Notes: generated from the sequence alone by a model not told the origin. A stretch of DNA of 64,000 bases from an uncultured virus (IMG/VR IMGVR_UViG_3300025033_000017) (IMGVR_UViG_3300025033_000017), one strand, 5' to 3'. Shown: positions 29,343 to 39,680, counted from the first letter of the stretch. A program made the numbers and translations.

Positions 29343-30853
29343 CAGATAAACTAACAATAACAAAAAAGAACGAGTCCTGGTTGCACCTAGATGCAGAAGT
29401 CTGGATGCTTCAAGAATTAGACGATGCATTCAAGTTCCAAATGCCTGGGTTTCAACATACGCCACAATTCAAGAATAAGGTATGGGACGGATATGTCCAT
29501 TTGATATCCGTATATAAGCAAAAAACTCACGTCGGCATCGCCCGGCAGATTATTGAATTTTGCGAATCCCGAAATTATGAGTGCGTTATGAGTGATTCTC
29601 AATATGGGCTTCCAATTGAGAAATCGTCTGTGACCGCACCAGAACTTGTTGATTTTGTAAAGTCATTGAATCTTCATTCTGATGGTAATTTAATTGAATT
29701 TAGAGATTATCAATATGAAGCAATATATCGGGCACTCAGAAACTACAGACGACTAATTTTATCTCCGACAGGTTCAGGCAAATCAGCTCAAATCTATGCG
29801 ATAGCCAGATATCTTATTGAATCTGATCTTAGAGTTTTGTTGATGGTTCCTACTGTGTCTCTTGTCAATCAAATGAAATCCGATTTCATTGATTACTCAT
29901 CGAAGAATGAATGGAACGTCGAAGATAATGTTCATGTGATATATGCTGGACAAGTTAAAAATTCAAAGAAAAGTTTTTTTATATCCACGTGGCAATCACT
30001 TCAAACAAAGTCTAATATACCAGATGAATGGTTTGCTCAGTTTGATGCGATTATTGTGGATGAAGTTCATCAAGGCAAATCAAAAGAGATTTCTAGTATT
30101 GTAGAAAAATGCATCAACGCTAAGTATAAAGTGGGTTTTACTGGATCATTGGATAGATCAAAGACCCACAAACAGATGCTCATTTCGTTGTTTGGTGAAG
30201 TTTCAAAGGTAGCATCAACAAAAGAACTTCAAGAGAGAAAACTTTTAAGCGACATAAAAATCAAGAACATAGTTTTCAAGTATTCTGCTGATACCTGTAA
30301 AACACTAAGAAAGACCGAATATGCTAAAGAAATGGATTTTATCATTGGTCATGAGAAACGTAATAAATTTATTAGAAATCTTGCATTATCTCTATCGGGA
30401 AACACTCTTATATTATTCAATTTTATCGAAAAACATGGGGATGTTCTGCATAGACTTATTAGCGAGTCTGCCGGCGATAGACCCGTTTACTACGTTCATG
30501 GCGGAACTCCACCAGCGGAAAGGGAATCGATACGAAATTTGATTGAGACTGGAAATGATGTTATAGTATTAGCATCATCTGGTGTGTTCTCGACCGGTGT
30601 GAACGTCAAGAGAATACACAACATCATGTTTACCAGCCCGACAAAATCCCTCATTCGAGTTATTCAGAGTATCGGTAGAGGATTGAGAATGTCCAAAGAC
30701 AAGACACACGTTACCTTGTTTGATCTAGCGGATGATTTGCGAATTGGTAAGCATGAAAATCATACGTGGGACCACTTTGAAAAAAGACTGGAAATTTACT
30801 CCAAAGAGGGATTCGAATATAGTATCATAGACATTGATTTGGAGAATAAATGA
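29339..30853 (+). CDS. uvsW: DNA helicase UvsW
   Basis: SPTGSGKS, DEVH and QSIGRGLR SF2 motifs. Confidence 0.96.
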   Translation: MTDKLTITKKNESWLHLDAEVWMLQELDDAFKFQMPGFQHTPQFKNKVWDGYVHLISVYKQKTHVGIARQIIEFCESRNYECVMSDSQYGLPIEKSSVTAPELVDFVKSLNLHSDGNLIEFRDYQYEAIYRALRNYRRLILSPTGSGKSAQIYAIARYLIESDLRVLLMVPTVSLVNQMKSDFIDYSSKNEWNVEDNVHVIYAGQVKNSKKSFFISTWQSLQTKSNIPDEWFAQFDAIIVDEVHQGKSKEISSIVEKCINAKYKVGFTGSLDRSKTHKQMLISLFGEVSKVASTKELQERKLLSDIKIKNIVFKYSADTCKTLRKTEYAKEMDFIIGHEKRNKFIRNLALSLSGNTLILFNFIEKHGDVLHRLISESAGDRPVYYVHGGTPPAERESIRNLIETGNDVIVLASSGVFSTGVNVKRIHNIMFTSPTKSLIRVIQSIGRGLRMSKDKTHVTLFDLADDLRIGKHENHTWDHFEKRLEIYSKEGFEYSIIDIDLENK

Positions 30854-31338
30854 ACAAGAACGAACGAGCACCAGTTATCGTAATGTTGGATAATGGAGAT
30901 ACCCTATTTACAGAAACTGATGGTATTGCTGATGAGAACGATTTTATGACACTATATTTGCCGCATAGGGTAACAGCAAACGAAAATCAAATACTACTAA
31001 TGCAATGGGTTCCGTTCTCTGAAGATGAAGAATATTTTGTGCATATTTCAAAGATTCTAAACGTTTGTCATATGGATGAGCAACATAAGCGGCTGTTCGG
31101 CAGCGTTGTAGCCACAAACGTCATGCGCAATTTAAAAGATCGAATCGTAACAGCAGTAAAACTAAACGTTCGTTTGAACGAAGAACTGGATATTCTTCTT
31201 AGTGATATGCTAATGTCATTACTAGAAATATCTAATCGGTATAACATGGAGAAACCAAAACTAAAAGACATTCATAATCAGTTTTATAGTTTAGTTTCTA
31301 GCACTTTCCCGGAGCACAAATCAAATTATGTCAACTAA
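30850..31338 (+). CDS. Conserved hypothetical protein between uvsW and gp55
   Basis: WVPFSEDE motif; synteny. Confidence 0.65.
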   Translation: MNKNERAPVIVMLDNGDTLFTETDGIADENDFMTLYLPHRVTANENQILLMQWVPFSEDEEYFVHISKILNVCHMDEQHKRLFGSVVATNVMRNLKDRIVTAVKLNVRLNEELDILLSDMLMSLLEISNRYNMEKPKLKDIHNQFYSLVSSTFPEHKSNYVN

Positions 31339-31465
31339 ATTATTTAGATGCTTTAGATATTTGTTGAATCCCATCAATGTCATTTCTTTTCTAACAGAGA
31401 TTCTACAAATGATACGTTCTCTTTTTATTCCTGTCATTGATTTGCGTATTTTATTTTTATGATCT
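31321..31465 (-). pseudogene. NUMOD3-containing homing endonuclease remnant
   Basis: EDHKNKIRKSMTGIKR directly after a late-like CATAAATA; no nuclease domain. Confidence 0.5.
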
Positions 31466-31500
31466 TCAGTGATGTATTTATGTAACATAAGGAAATAAAC

Positions 31501-32031
31501 ATGAAAAAACAAACAAATCATTATGTTTCGAATGATGATTTTATTATTGCACTTACCGAACGTAGAGCAATTTTAGCGAAACTTGCTCCCGATGAAGAAA
31601 AGCCTGTTATTTCTGATTATATTGCCAAGTGTATATTCGATATTTGTAACAAGTTATCATATCGCCCAAACTTCATAGGTTATTCTTTCCGCCAAGAAAT
31701 GGTTGGCGATGCACTGGAAAATTGTCTACGAGTCGTTGATAATTATGATCCCGAAATCTCAAAATACGCATTTGCTTACTTTACACAAATTGCTTGGTAT
31801 GCCTTTGTTCGTAGAATTGGCACTGAACAGAAACAATCCTACATCAAAGCAAAAATTATCGAGAGTATGCCTATCAATGAACTTATCAACACTGAAGATG
31901 GTGAGATAGGCGCCGTAATCGAAGATATGAGACAGCAATATTACTTTGACACAAAAGGTTATGAGGCAGCAAAGGCTGCGAAAAAGAAAGTGATAAAGGA
32001 CTCTCTCGAAGAATTCATGGAAGAGAAATAA
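31501..32031 (+). CDS. gp55: Late-transcription sigma factor gp55
   Basis: HYVSN, LSYRPNFIGY, EMVGDALENC and AFAYFTQI motifs. Confidence 0.95.
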   Translation: MKKQTNHYVSNDDFIIALTERRAILAKLAPDEEKPVISDYIAKCIFDICNKLSYRPNFIGYSFRQEMVGDALENCLRVVDNYDPEISKYAFAYFTQIAWYAFVRRIGTEQKQSYIKAKIIESMPINELINTEDGEIGAVIEDMRQQYYFDTKGYEAAKAAKKKVIKDSLEEFMEEK

Positions 32032-32032
32032 C

Positions 32033-33091
32033 ATGAAAGTTATTGTATTGGGTGACGTGCATATCGGTGCAAGAAACGATAGCCAAGTATTTGCTGATTA
32101 TCATATCTCATTTTTTACGGAACAGTTGTTTCCGTACATGAAAAAGCATAAGATCAAACATATAATTCAACTAGGAGACATATTTGATCGTAGAAAGTTC
32201 GTAAACTTTGTTGTTCTAAATCAATGGAAGACAAAAGTTTTCGATTATATGCAGGCCGAGAAAATTACAATGGACGTGTTGCTAGGCAATCATGACGTGT
32301 ATTTTCGGAATACGAATGATGTGAGTTCTCCTGTTCTTCTTTTGCGCGAATATTATAACATAAACGTTTTTGTTGAGCCTACCGACGTAACCATTGGCAC
32401 CTCAAAATTTATGTACATCCCTTGGATAAACTCAAGCAATCTTGAGTCTACACTGGAAAAGGTGAAAGCGTCGGAAGCGATTGCCGCATTTGGTCATTTC
32501 GAGTTCGCGGGCTTTCAGATGGATAAAGGACAGAAGCATGAGGACGGTCTTTCGACTAAAGACTTCAAGAAGTTTGATTCTGTATATTCTGGGCACTTTC
32601 ATCACCGCAATGATGATGGGCATGTTTTTTATGTTGGTACGCCATATCAGATCACGTGGGTCGACCATGAATCCACAAAGGGATTCCACGTATTTGGCAC
32701 GTCCACACTGGAAATGACATTCATCGAAAATCCTAATTTGTTGTTCCATCGTATGGTCTATGATGATCAACTTGACCCAGACAATCATTACAAATCGTTT
32801 GATCTTTCTGGTCTAGCAGGTAAGTATGTAAAAATCATCGTTTCAAGCAAAACAAATCTATATGGATTCGATCAGTTGTTGTCCAAGCTGTACGCGCAAG
32901 GACCTGCGGACGTGAAGATCATCGAGAACGTCCAAGAACAGGAACAGTCCGGCGAAAAACTTGATCTTGAGAGCACCAAAGAAATTCTTGACAAAGCGGT
33001 GGACTCGCTTGATAATGTTCTAGATAAAAAAGTTCTCAAGAAAATGCTCCGCGCACTCTATACGGAAGCACAACAAATGGAAGTCGTATGA
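32033..33091 (+). CDS. gp47: Recombination nuclease subunit gp47 (Mre11/SbcD-like)
   Basis: DVHIG, GDIFD, GNHD and SGHFH motifs. Confidence 0.95.
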   Translation: MKVIVLGDVHIGARNDSQVFADYHISFFTEQLFPYMKKHKIKHIIQLGDIFDRRKFVNFVVLNQWKTKVFDYMQAEKITMDVLLGNHDVYFRNTNDVSSPVLLLREYYNINVFVEPTDVTIGTSKFMYIPWINSSNLESTLEKVKASEAIAAFGHFEFAGFQMDKGQKHEDGLSTKDFKKFDSVYSGHFHHRNDDGHVFYVGTPYQITWVDHESTKGFHVFGTSTLEMTFIENPNLLFHRMVYDDQLDPDNHYKSFDLSGLAGKYVKIIVSSKTNLYGFDQLLSKLYAQGPADVKIIENVQEQEQSGEKLDLESTKEILDKAVDSLDNVLDKKVLKKMLRALYTEAQQMEVV

Positions 33092-34803
33092 TCAAGTTTG
33101 GTTCAATCGCACTAAAAAATTTCATGTCGGTCGGCAATTCGCCTCTCGTTATCGACTACAATCAAGCAAAGTCTGTACTTGTTACCGCAACAAATGGAAC
33201 AGGAAAAAGTTCCATTATGCTAGACTCTTTGACGTTTGCTCTGTATGGTAAACCCTATCGAAACATCAATATTCCCCAGATTATAAATTCCGTAAATCAG
33301 AAGGGACTTGAGGTCGATCTTACTTTCACTGTGAACAAGGTGAAATATCGCATTGTACGAGGCATCAAGCCTAAGAAGTTTGAAATCTACAAGAACGGCA
33401 AGTTGCTCAATCAAGACGCGGACACGCGAGACTACCAGAAGGTGCTTGAACAAACAATCTTGAAGATGAACTATCAAACGTTCACTCAAGTGGTCATTAT
33501 GGGTTCGGGCAATTATGTGCCTTTTATGAGACTAAAGGCGGCAGCAAGACGTGAGTTCATCGAAGACATTCTTGATATCAAGATTTTTTCTGTCATGAAT
33601 AACTTATTGAAACAACAAGTAAAAACACACTACGAAGAACTTGACAAGATAACCACAAACATCAACTTCTTGAAAGAGAAGATCAAGATGCAGCAGTCGT
33701 TTGTGGAAAAGTTGGAGAGCGAAAAAGAGGGTAAGAAATCTGACATTGAGAAGGAAATCATTCGACTGAATGAAGAAGTTCACGCACAATTCGTAAAGAT
33801 AGAAATGTTGACGTTGGGCATCAACGCAGCAGAGTTGGACGATACCGCTTTCGAACGGATAACAACCAAGAAGTCCGAATTGCTCAATATCGCAAAGCAG
33901 ATCAAGACGAACATCGCAAAGCAAGACAAGGACAAAGACTTCTACGCAACCACCGATATTTGCCCCACATGTCACCAGAGCATTGAGGAACATCATCGGG
34001 AAAATTTGATCAAGAAGTCGACCAGCAAGATTGTTGAGTTCGAAGAAGGTCTAAAGGAAATCGAAGAACGCATGAAGTCGTTCAATGAGCAAATCACACG
34101 TATTAGCGAAACGCAGGATCAGATAAGAAAACTACAAAGCGAAATCGGAACATGCAACAGTGCGATTGCTATTGCCAATTCATTGTTATCAAAACATCAT
34201 CAAGAACTCGGAAACATGTTGCAGGACAACGGTTCCATCGATGATGAAAAGGAAAAGTTGAGTTCCCTAGCTAAAGATATCTTGTCGGCGTCCGAAACTA
34301 AAAAAGAACTGAAGAAACAGGAATCGTACTATGATGCTATCTCTGGAATGCTCAAGGACACTGGCATCAAGACTAGAATCATCAAGCAATACGTACCTGT
34401 CTTGAACGGGCTGATCAAAAAATATCTTGACCTGATGGATCTGTTTGTTTCATTTGAGTTGGATGAAAATTTCAACGAAACTGTAAAGAGTAGACACCGC
34501 GACACGTTCACCTACGAATCCTTTAGTGCGGGGGAGCAGCAACGAATAAACTTGGCTCTAATGTTTGTTTTTCGTGACGTTGCTCGTCTAAAGTCATCTG
34601 TAAATACGAACCTCTTGATCATGGATGAAATCATGGATCAGTCACTTGATCAAGCTGGCATCGATGGATTCTTGAGCATCGTTGAATCACTAAAGGACAC
34701 AAATCTGTTCGTGATCAGTCATCGGGAGAACCTTGGGGATCGTTTCGATGCTAATCTAAAGCTGACAAAACATGGTAATTTTACAGTGCTTGACAATAAT
34801 TAA
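33088..34803 (+). CDS. gp46: Recombination ATPase gp46 (Rad50/SbcC-like)
   Basis: NGTGKS, CPTC zinc hook, FSAGEQQR and LIMDE motifs. Confidence 0.96.
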   Translation: MIKFGSIALKNFMSVGNSPLVIDYNQAKSVLVTATNGTGKSSIMLDSLTFALYGKPYRNINIPQIINSVNQKGLEVDLTFTVNKVKYRIVRGIKPKKFEIYKNGKLLNQDADTRDYQKVLEQTILKMNYQTFTQVVIMGSGNYVPFMRLKAAARREFIEDILDIKIFSVMNNLLKQQVKTHYEELDKITTNINFLKEKIKMQQSFVEKLESEKEGKKSDIEKEIIRLNEEVHAQFVKIEMLTLGINAAELDDTAFERITTKKSELLNIAKQIKTNIAKQDKDKDFYATTDICPTCHQSIEEHHRENLIKKSTSKIVEFEEGLKEIEERMKSFNEQITRISETQDQIRKLQSEIGTCNSAIAIANSLLSKHHQELGNMLQDNGSIDDEKEKLSSLAKDILSASETKKELKKQESYYDAISGMLKDTGIKTRIIKQYVPVLNGLIKKYLDLMDLFVSFELDENFNETVKSRHRDTFTYESFSAGEQQRINLALMFVFRDVARLKSSVNTNLLIMDEIMDQSLDQAGIDGFLSIVESLKDTNLFVISHRENLGDRFDANLKLTKHGNFTVLDNN

Positions 34804-34818
34804 CATCTTCTGTAACAT
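34790..34818 (+). promoter_or_regulatory. Putative early promoter
   Basis: TTGACA-17 nt-TAACAT, sharing a spacer motif with three other copies. Confidence 0.6.
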
Positions 34819-34861
34819 GTAGTCATTCGCTCAATATTAGATTGTAAAGAGGATGACTATC

Positions 34862-34978
34862 ATGAAATCGTTCAAAGAATTCGTTGCGGAAGAAGTTGAA
34901 AATTATGAACGTTCTCCTTTCAAAGTCATGAAGATCACAATCATGGCATCTGGTGCTCGTATCAAGGAAGTAGAATAA
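34862..34978 (+). CDS. 38-aa protein with capsid-targeting-like N-terminus
   Basis: GAGGA RBS; MKSFKEFVAE. Confidence 0.5.
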   Translation: MKSFKEFVAEEVENYERSPFKVMKITIMASGARIKEVE

Positions 34979-34982
34979 AAGT

Positions 34983-35011
34983 TTGACAATAATTCGGCAC
35001 TTATGTAAGAT
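34983..35011 (+). promoter_or_regulatory. Putative early promoter of rIIA
   Basis: TTGACA-ataattcggcacttatg-TAAGAT. Confidence 0.75.
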
Positions 35012-35049
35012 GTATTACATGAGAATTACTTTTGATATGGAGTTTTGTA

Positions 35050-37146
35050 ATGGCTAATATGCAAGTGGGTATGGGCTCGGTAGAGACTAACTTGACCAAC
35101 GCGGTTGAGTTTAGTATGTCGCAAACTAATGGTAAGAAGTTGATTGCCATGCTTTCAAACTTCCTTTACACTGACAAGGAATACGCGGTTCTGTCGGAGT
35201 TGTCAGCAAACGGTGTTGATGCACACCGTATGGTCGGTAAGGAAGATGAACCTATTCGAATCACCATGCCAACACCTGTTGAGCCGGACTTGGTAATTCG
35301 TGACTATGGTCCTGGTATGTCTGAACCCGACTTGTTCAAGTTTCTGACCCAATTTGGCGAATCGTCTAAGCAAGATGACGCAAACGCCATCGGCTTTTAC
35401 GGCATCGGTTCAAAGTCTGTTGCGTCTGTTTCAAGCACGTGGTCGCTCGTTTCCCATCATAATGGAAAGATGATCAAACTTGAAGTTTTCGTAAACGGGG
35501 AAGGTAGTCTCGCGCTGTCAAAAGTCTTCGAAGGTAAGACCGAAGAAAGCGGTCTTGAAGTCCGAATTCCTATCGAAAAGAATAAGTTTCATCTGTGGGA
35601 GTCCGCTGCTCATAAGGCATTCAAGCACTATCGGGTTCTTCCGAAGTTCAACAGGAATATCGGCATTGTGAAGACCAGCTATAAAAAGCAAACTGAAAAG
35701 TATGGTATTCGGTCTGACTATGTCAGCGGCATCAACGTAATCACAACGATGCGCGAATATCCACTTGATGCGAAAAAGTTGGGCGGTTCAATCGATCAAC
35801 CGTTGATTCTCAGTCTTTTCAAAAACAACATTGACCTGTTCTTCGAAACGAGTTCCATTGACTTGGGCATTTCTCGGGAACAGATTCAATACAATACCAA
35901 GACCACAACGGCGATCATTAATCGTTTGAAGGAAATTGGTAGTGAAATGTTGTCGGAAATCAAGGCTGCAATTTCTGTTGCTAAAAATGGCGTCGAGTAT
36001 CGCAGTCTCGTAATGACTCAATGGAACAACTATCCTCATGATTTCGTCCGCGAGGCGGTAAAGGGAAATTCATACGGGGTTGTTGATCTTCCCAACGATT
36101 TTCGACGTTATTGTGTGACATGGAAACCTGGCGTAAGTCTGTCAATAGTGCATCGGGGCGAGTACAAGAACATCAACGACGCCCTCAGGAATTTCAACTG
36201 TTGGCGAACTTACGCGGTGAATGTTAGTGAATCGTTTGACCTTAATACTAACAAAGATTATCGCACACTTTCCGTTGCGATTGATCAAATCGCACGAGTC
36301 AAGGTTGTCTTGCGTGAAGGTGTTCGGGATGCTGCCGCACGTGTAAAACAAGCTTACAAAGGATCGACCGACTTTTTCGTGATCATGGAAGAAAATCTGC
36401 TTGGTCCAGAGTTTCCTGTCATAAATGCATCGTCTTTGCCTAAGGTTCCTCGTACCACAAAAAGACGCGGAACGTCTGATGATGATTATTACCTGCTTGA
36501 TGGACGCATGTTTGTACGTATTACCAAGATGCAAGCAGAAGGATACACAGACAAGGTGTCATTGAACATCAGGGATGCTCGTTCTCGTGATGCTAATCCA
36601 GAATTCACGTCTACCGTCAAATTTCTACATAACCAAGGATATTATGTTATTGGTCACAAGGGCGAAGTTCTTGCTTTTGATGACCAAAAGACTGCAATGA
36701 AAAAGTTCATCGAAAACCTGAAAAATAGTCCAGCTCTTGCAGAGGATATCGAAAATGCTAAGATTAACTGGTTGGGTTCTGCTGTGCGCAACAATCGAGT
36801 GTTCGGCAATTTGACGTTTTACGACATAAAGTCAACTAAACTTGATGAAATCCTTAAACCAGTTAAGGATATTATTTGCGTCGTAAAGGCGAAACACATT
36901 GATATTACTCGTCAATATGGTTCAACGACTGCAATTTTGGAGACGTTAGAACAAGCATGTCGGATTTCAGGAGAAACGCTGGATGTTATTGATATCATTA
37001 ATTACGAAAACATCGAAAAAATTTGCAAAGAAATCTATCCGATGTTACAATATATTGAATTTGACAGGTACGTTGGTGGGACTATTTGGACTGATCGACG
37101 CGCGCATATTCAAGAGTATGTAAATCTAATCGAAAAAGGAGTTTGA
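35050..37146 (+). CDS. rIIA: RIIA protein (GHKL ATPase N-terminus)
   Basis: LYTDKEYAVLSELSANGVDAH, IRDYGPGMS, GFYGIGSKS and SREQIQY motifs; GGAG RBS before ATG 35050. Confidence 0.88.
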   Translation: MANMQVGMGSVETNLTNAVEFSMSQTNGKKLIAMLSNFLYTDKEYAVLSELSANGVDAHRMVGKEDEPIRITMPTPVEPDLVIRDYGPGMSEPDLFKFLTQFGESSKQDDANAIGFYGIGSKSVASVSSTWSLVSHHNGKMIKLEVFVNGEGSLALSKVFEGKTEESGLEVRIPIEKNKFHLWESAAHKAFKHYRVLPKFNRNIGIVKTSYKKQTEKYGIRSDYVSGINVITTMREYPLDAKKLGGSIDQPLILSLFKNNIDLFFETSSIDLGISREQIQYNTKTTTAIINRLKEIGSEMLSEIKAAISVAKNGVEYRSLVMTQWNNYPHDFVREAVKGNSYGVVDLPNDFRRYCVTWKPGVSLSIVHRGEYKNINDALRNFNCWRTYAVNVSESFDLNTNKDYRTLSVAIDQIARVKVVLREGVRDAAARVKQAYKGSTDFFVIMEENLLGPEFPVINASSLPKVPRTTKRRGTSDDDYYLLDGRMFVRITKMQAEGYTDKVSLNIRDARSRDANPEFTSTVKFLHNQGYYVIGHKGEVLAFDDQKTAMKKFIENLKNSPALAEDIENAKINWLGSAVRNNRVFGNLTFYDIKSTKLDEILKPVKDIICVVKAKHIDITRQYGSTTAILETLEQACRISGETLDVIDIINYENIEKICKEIYPMLQYIEFDRYVGGTIWTDRRAHIQEYVNLIEKGV

Positions 37147-37148
37147 AA

Positions 37149-38348
37149 ATGTCGTATTCTCACATTGTTACAAGCAATTATGTGTCTGTCATGAACTTGG
37201 AAACGGGCGAAGTGACGAAGTTTACAAGCGATCATCCAAAGTTCGCTGATGCAGTAGCAGGAATCAAGTCTGGTAATTACGAAGCCGTTACTAAAATGTC
37301 TGTCGCCAAGATCATCACCGATTATGGGTCAAAGTCTGGGGACGTTATCTCCGTCGCAAATGGGGTCGTTTACTACATGATGCCGAACGGCGAAAAGACG
37401 GAATTGCATAACACTATGACCACTCGTGTCTTGGCAATGATTCATGACGGTTTTGATGCTGCTCCTCTGGTTGCTTTCATGAACAACTTGATGTCCAATC
37501 CTTCAAAGGTTGCGGTCGATGAACTGTATTTGTTCTTGGAAGAAACCGAACTTCCCATCACATCCGATGGGCATTTCATTGCCTACAAAATGGTTAACAA
37601 CAATTACACTTCCATTCATGATGGCAAGTTTATGAACGCTGTTGGAACTGTTGTTGAAATGCCTCGCAACACGGTGGATGACCGCCGTGAAAATACGTGT
37701 TCGCAAGGTCTTCACTTCTGTTCCAAGAACTATCTTGACAAGTATGGCAATGGTGATGGTGACCGACTGTTGCTGGTTAAGATCAATCCTGCGGATGTGG
37801 TGTCGATTCCTTCTGACTATAATAACGCAAAGGGTCGTGCTGCCAAGTATCTGATTTGGAAGGATATTACCGCACCTGGTTGGAAGCAAAAGTATCTGAA
37901 CAAGGATTACAACGAGAAGTCTGTTGAAGTCATTGATGCTCCTGTTGAATCCCGCAATATCGAACTAACCAATACAGAATATCGTATTCTTGATTCCATC
38001 AACAATTTTATTGTTGATTATGGATATCTTAATGAAGATGAACTTGATACAACTTTCTTGGATCTTGGACTTGACAGACTTGATCTTGTTAAATTGATCA
38101 TGAATGTCGAGGAAGACCTTGGTTTTGATGCTGATGATATTGATTGTACCGCATCTATCGGAATGACGGTATATGAACTGATCAAAAAGATTACCGAGAC
38201 TTACAAAAACGTGACTGCACCTCGGGCTGCCGTAGTATGCCCATCTTGCGGTAGTGGATCGGTTCATAAGAAGGGGTTCAATTTTGACGGCACCAAGCAA
38301 CGGTACAAGTGTAATCATTGTGGTCATAACTTCTACAAGGATATTTAA
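37149..38348 (+). CDS. rIIB: RIIB protein with C-terminal ACP-like domain and zinc ribbon
   Basis: NPSKVAVDELYLFL, ITSDGHFIAYK, CSQGLH and INPADVVSIPSDY; then DLGLDRLDLVKLIMNVEEDLG and CPSC...CNHC. Confidence 0.88.
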   Translation: MSYSHIVTSNYVSVMNLETGEVTKFTSDHPKFADAVAGIKSGNYEAVTKMSVAKIITDYGSKSGDVISVANGVVYYMMPNGEKTELHNTMTTRVLAMIHDGFDAAPLVAFMNNLMSNPSKVAVDELYLFLEETELPITSDGHFIAYKMVNNNYTSIHDGKFMNAVGTVVEMPRNTVDDRRENTCSQGLHFCSKNYLDKYGNGDGDRLLLVKINPADVVSIPSDYNNAKGRAAKYLIWKDITAPGWKQKYLNKDYNEKSVEVIDAPVESRNIELTNTEYRILDSINNFIVDYGYLNEDELDTTFLDLGLDRLDLVKLIMNVEEDLGFDADDIDCTASIGMTVYELIKKITETYKNVTAPRAAVVCPSCGSGSVHKKGFNFDGTKQRYKCNHCGHNFYKDI

Positions 38349-38350
38349 AC

Positions 38351-38713
38351 ATGATTAAAATGACGCACTTCTGTGAGTATTGTGGTGAAGAATTGATTGA
38401 TGGTGAATACCATATGTGTGAAGGACTTGCTGCTGGTATTGCTAAGTACGTTCGGGTTGAATTGAAAACTAACACGGCATGTAATGATCCCGTCAACCGT
38501 CCTAAGCATTACACGTCACATCCGTCTGGAGTTGAGTGTATCGACATTACGAAACATTACAACTTCCAGATTGGAAACGCCATGAAGTATCTATGGCGTC
38601 AAGGGCTGAAAGATGAGGTTGGTCTTGATTCTGTCGAAAAACAGATTCAAGATTGTGAAAAGGCAGTTTGGTACATCCAAAGTTTTATCGACGATTTGAA
38701 GAAGGAAGTATAG
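38351..38713 (+). CDS. DUF3310-like protein
   Basis: DPVNRPKHY, GVECIDI, GNAMKYLWR and DCEKAVWY motifs. Confidence 0.8.
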   Translation: MIKMTHFCEYCGEELIDGEYHMCEGLAAGIAKYVRVELKTNTACNDPVNRPKHYTSHPSGVECIDITKHYNFQIGNAMKYLWRQGLKDEVGLDSVEKQIQDCEKAVWYIQSFIDDLKKEV

Positions 38714-38714
38714 T

Positions 38715-39005
38715 ATGGCGCATACTCGTAACAAAATGAAGCACTGGCGCAAATTGGGGAACAAGATTGTCATTGACGTTCCCAAGCTCAAGACTGAAAC
38801 CAATGCAGATGGAGTTGAAACTCGCGTTACTGACGGCACGGATCAACATCGACTGACAGGTCGACAACTCAAGTCATATACGCAGAACTGGGGCAGCGTC
38901 AAGACTCCAACTGGTCTGTTGAAAGATTTGCTTTCTCGTGCCGGGTGTAGTATTATTGATGTAGATGAAGTAGTTGTGTCTGTACCAGAACCTGAAGGAG
39001 TATAA
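38715..39005 (+). CDS. Hypothetical protein
   Basis: ORF with RBS in the operon. Confidence 0.55.
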   Translation: MAHTRNKMKHWRKLGNKIVIDVPKLKTETNADGVETRVTDGTDQHRLTGRQLKSYTQNWGSVKTPTGLLKDLLSRAGCSIIDVDEVVVSVPEPEGV

Positions 39006-39008
39006 TAT

Positions 39009-39668
39009 ATGAAGTTGTCAAAAAATACGATGTTGTTATTGAAAAATTTTTCCACAATTAACTCAAACTTGTTTGTCAAAGCTGGCTCGACGTTGAGTAC
39101 CATGTCGATTCAGAAGAACATCATGGCCGAGGTTGAAGTTCCAGAAAAGTTCCCAGTCGATTTCGGAATCTTCAATCTTTCTCAGTTGTTGAGTTCATTG
39201 AATGAACTTGATGATCCTGAAATCACGTTCGGTAAGACCAACGTGGAACTAGCGAAGTCAGGAATCAAGTACAAGATTACCTTTGCAAGCCCTAACATTC
39301 TTGTATATCCTCAGAAGGCAATCACAATGCCTGCGGTGGATGTATCGTTTATGCTTACCGCAGCACAATTGATTTCGATTGCAAAAGCTGGTGCCAATCT
39401 TGGAATTCAAGACGTTATGATTTCTGGCGACGGCAAAAATGTCACTGTATCGATGGGTGATCGTAAAGATGCAACCAGTAATGGTTTCACGCTTGAGACT
39501 GGCGCAGAGACTAAGGAAACGTTCAATCTAATCATCAAGAATGATAACTTGAAGATGATCGAAGATGATTATACCGTCGAAATCAGCAAGAAGAACATCG
39601 GGCGTTTCGTTGGTAAGAACAATAAGGTGACTTACTTTATCGCTCTCGAAGATTGCCAATTCAGTTAA
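39009..39668 (+). CDS. gp45: Sliding clamp gp45
   Basis: MKLSKNTMLLLKNFSTIN, FGIFNL and YFIALE motifs. Confidence 0.95.
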   Translation: MKLSKNTMLLLKNFSTINSNLFVKAGSTLSTMSIQKNIMAEVEVPEKFPVDFGIFNLSQLLSSLNELDDPEITFGKTNVELAKSGIKYKITFASPNILVYPQKAITMPAVDVSFMLTAAQLISIAKAGANLGIQDVMISGDGKNVTVSMGDRKDATSNGFTLETGAETKETFNLIIKNDNLKMIEDDYTVEISKKNIGRFVGKNNKVTYFIALEDCQFS

Positions 39669-39680
39669 GGAGAAAACAAT

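Noticed and set aside
38238..38335. IS1 element suggested by the InsA-like zinc ribbon
   Set aside because: It is in frame within rIIB; no transposase catalytic domain or terminal inverted repeats are visible
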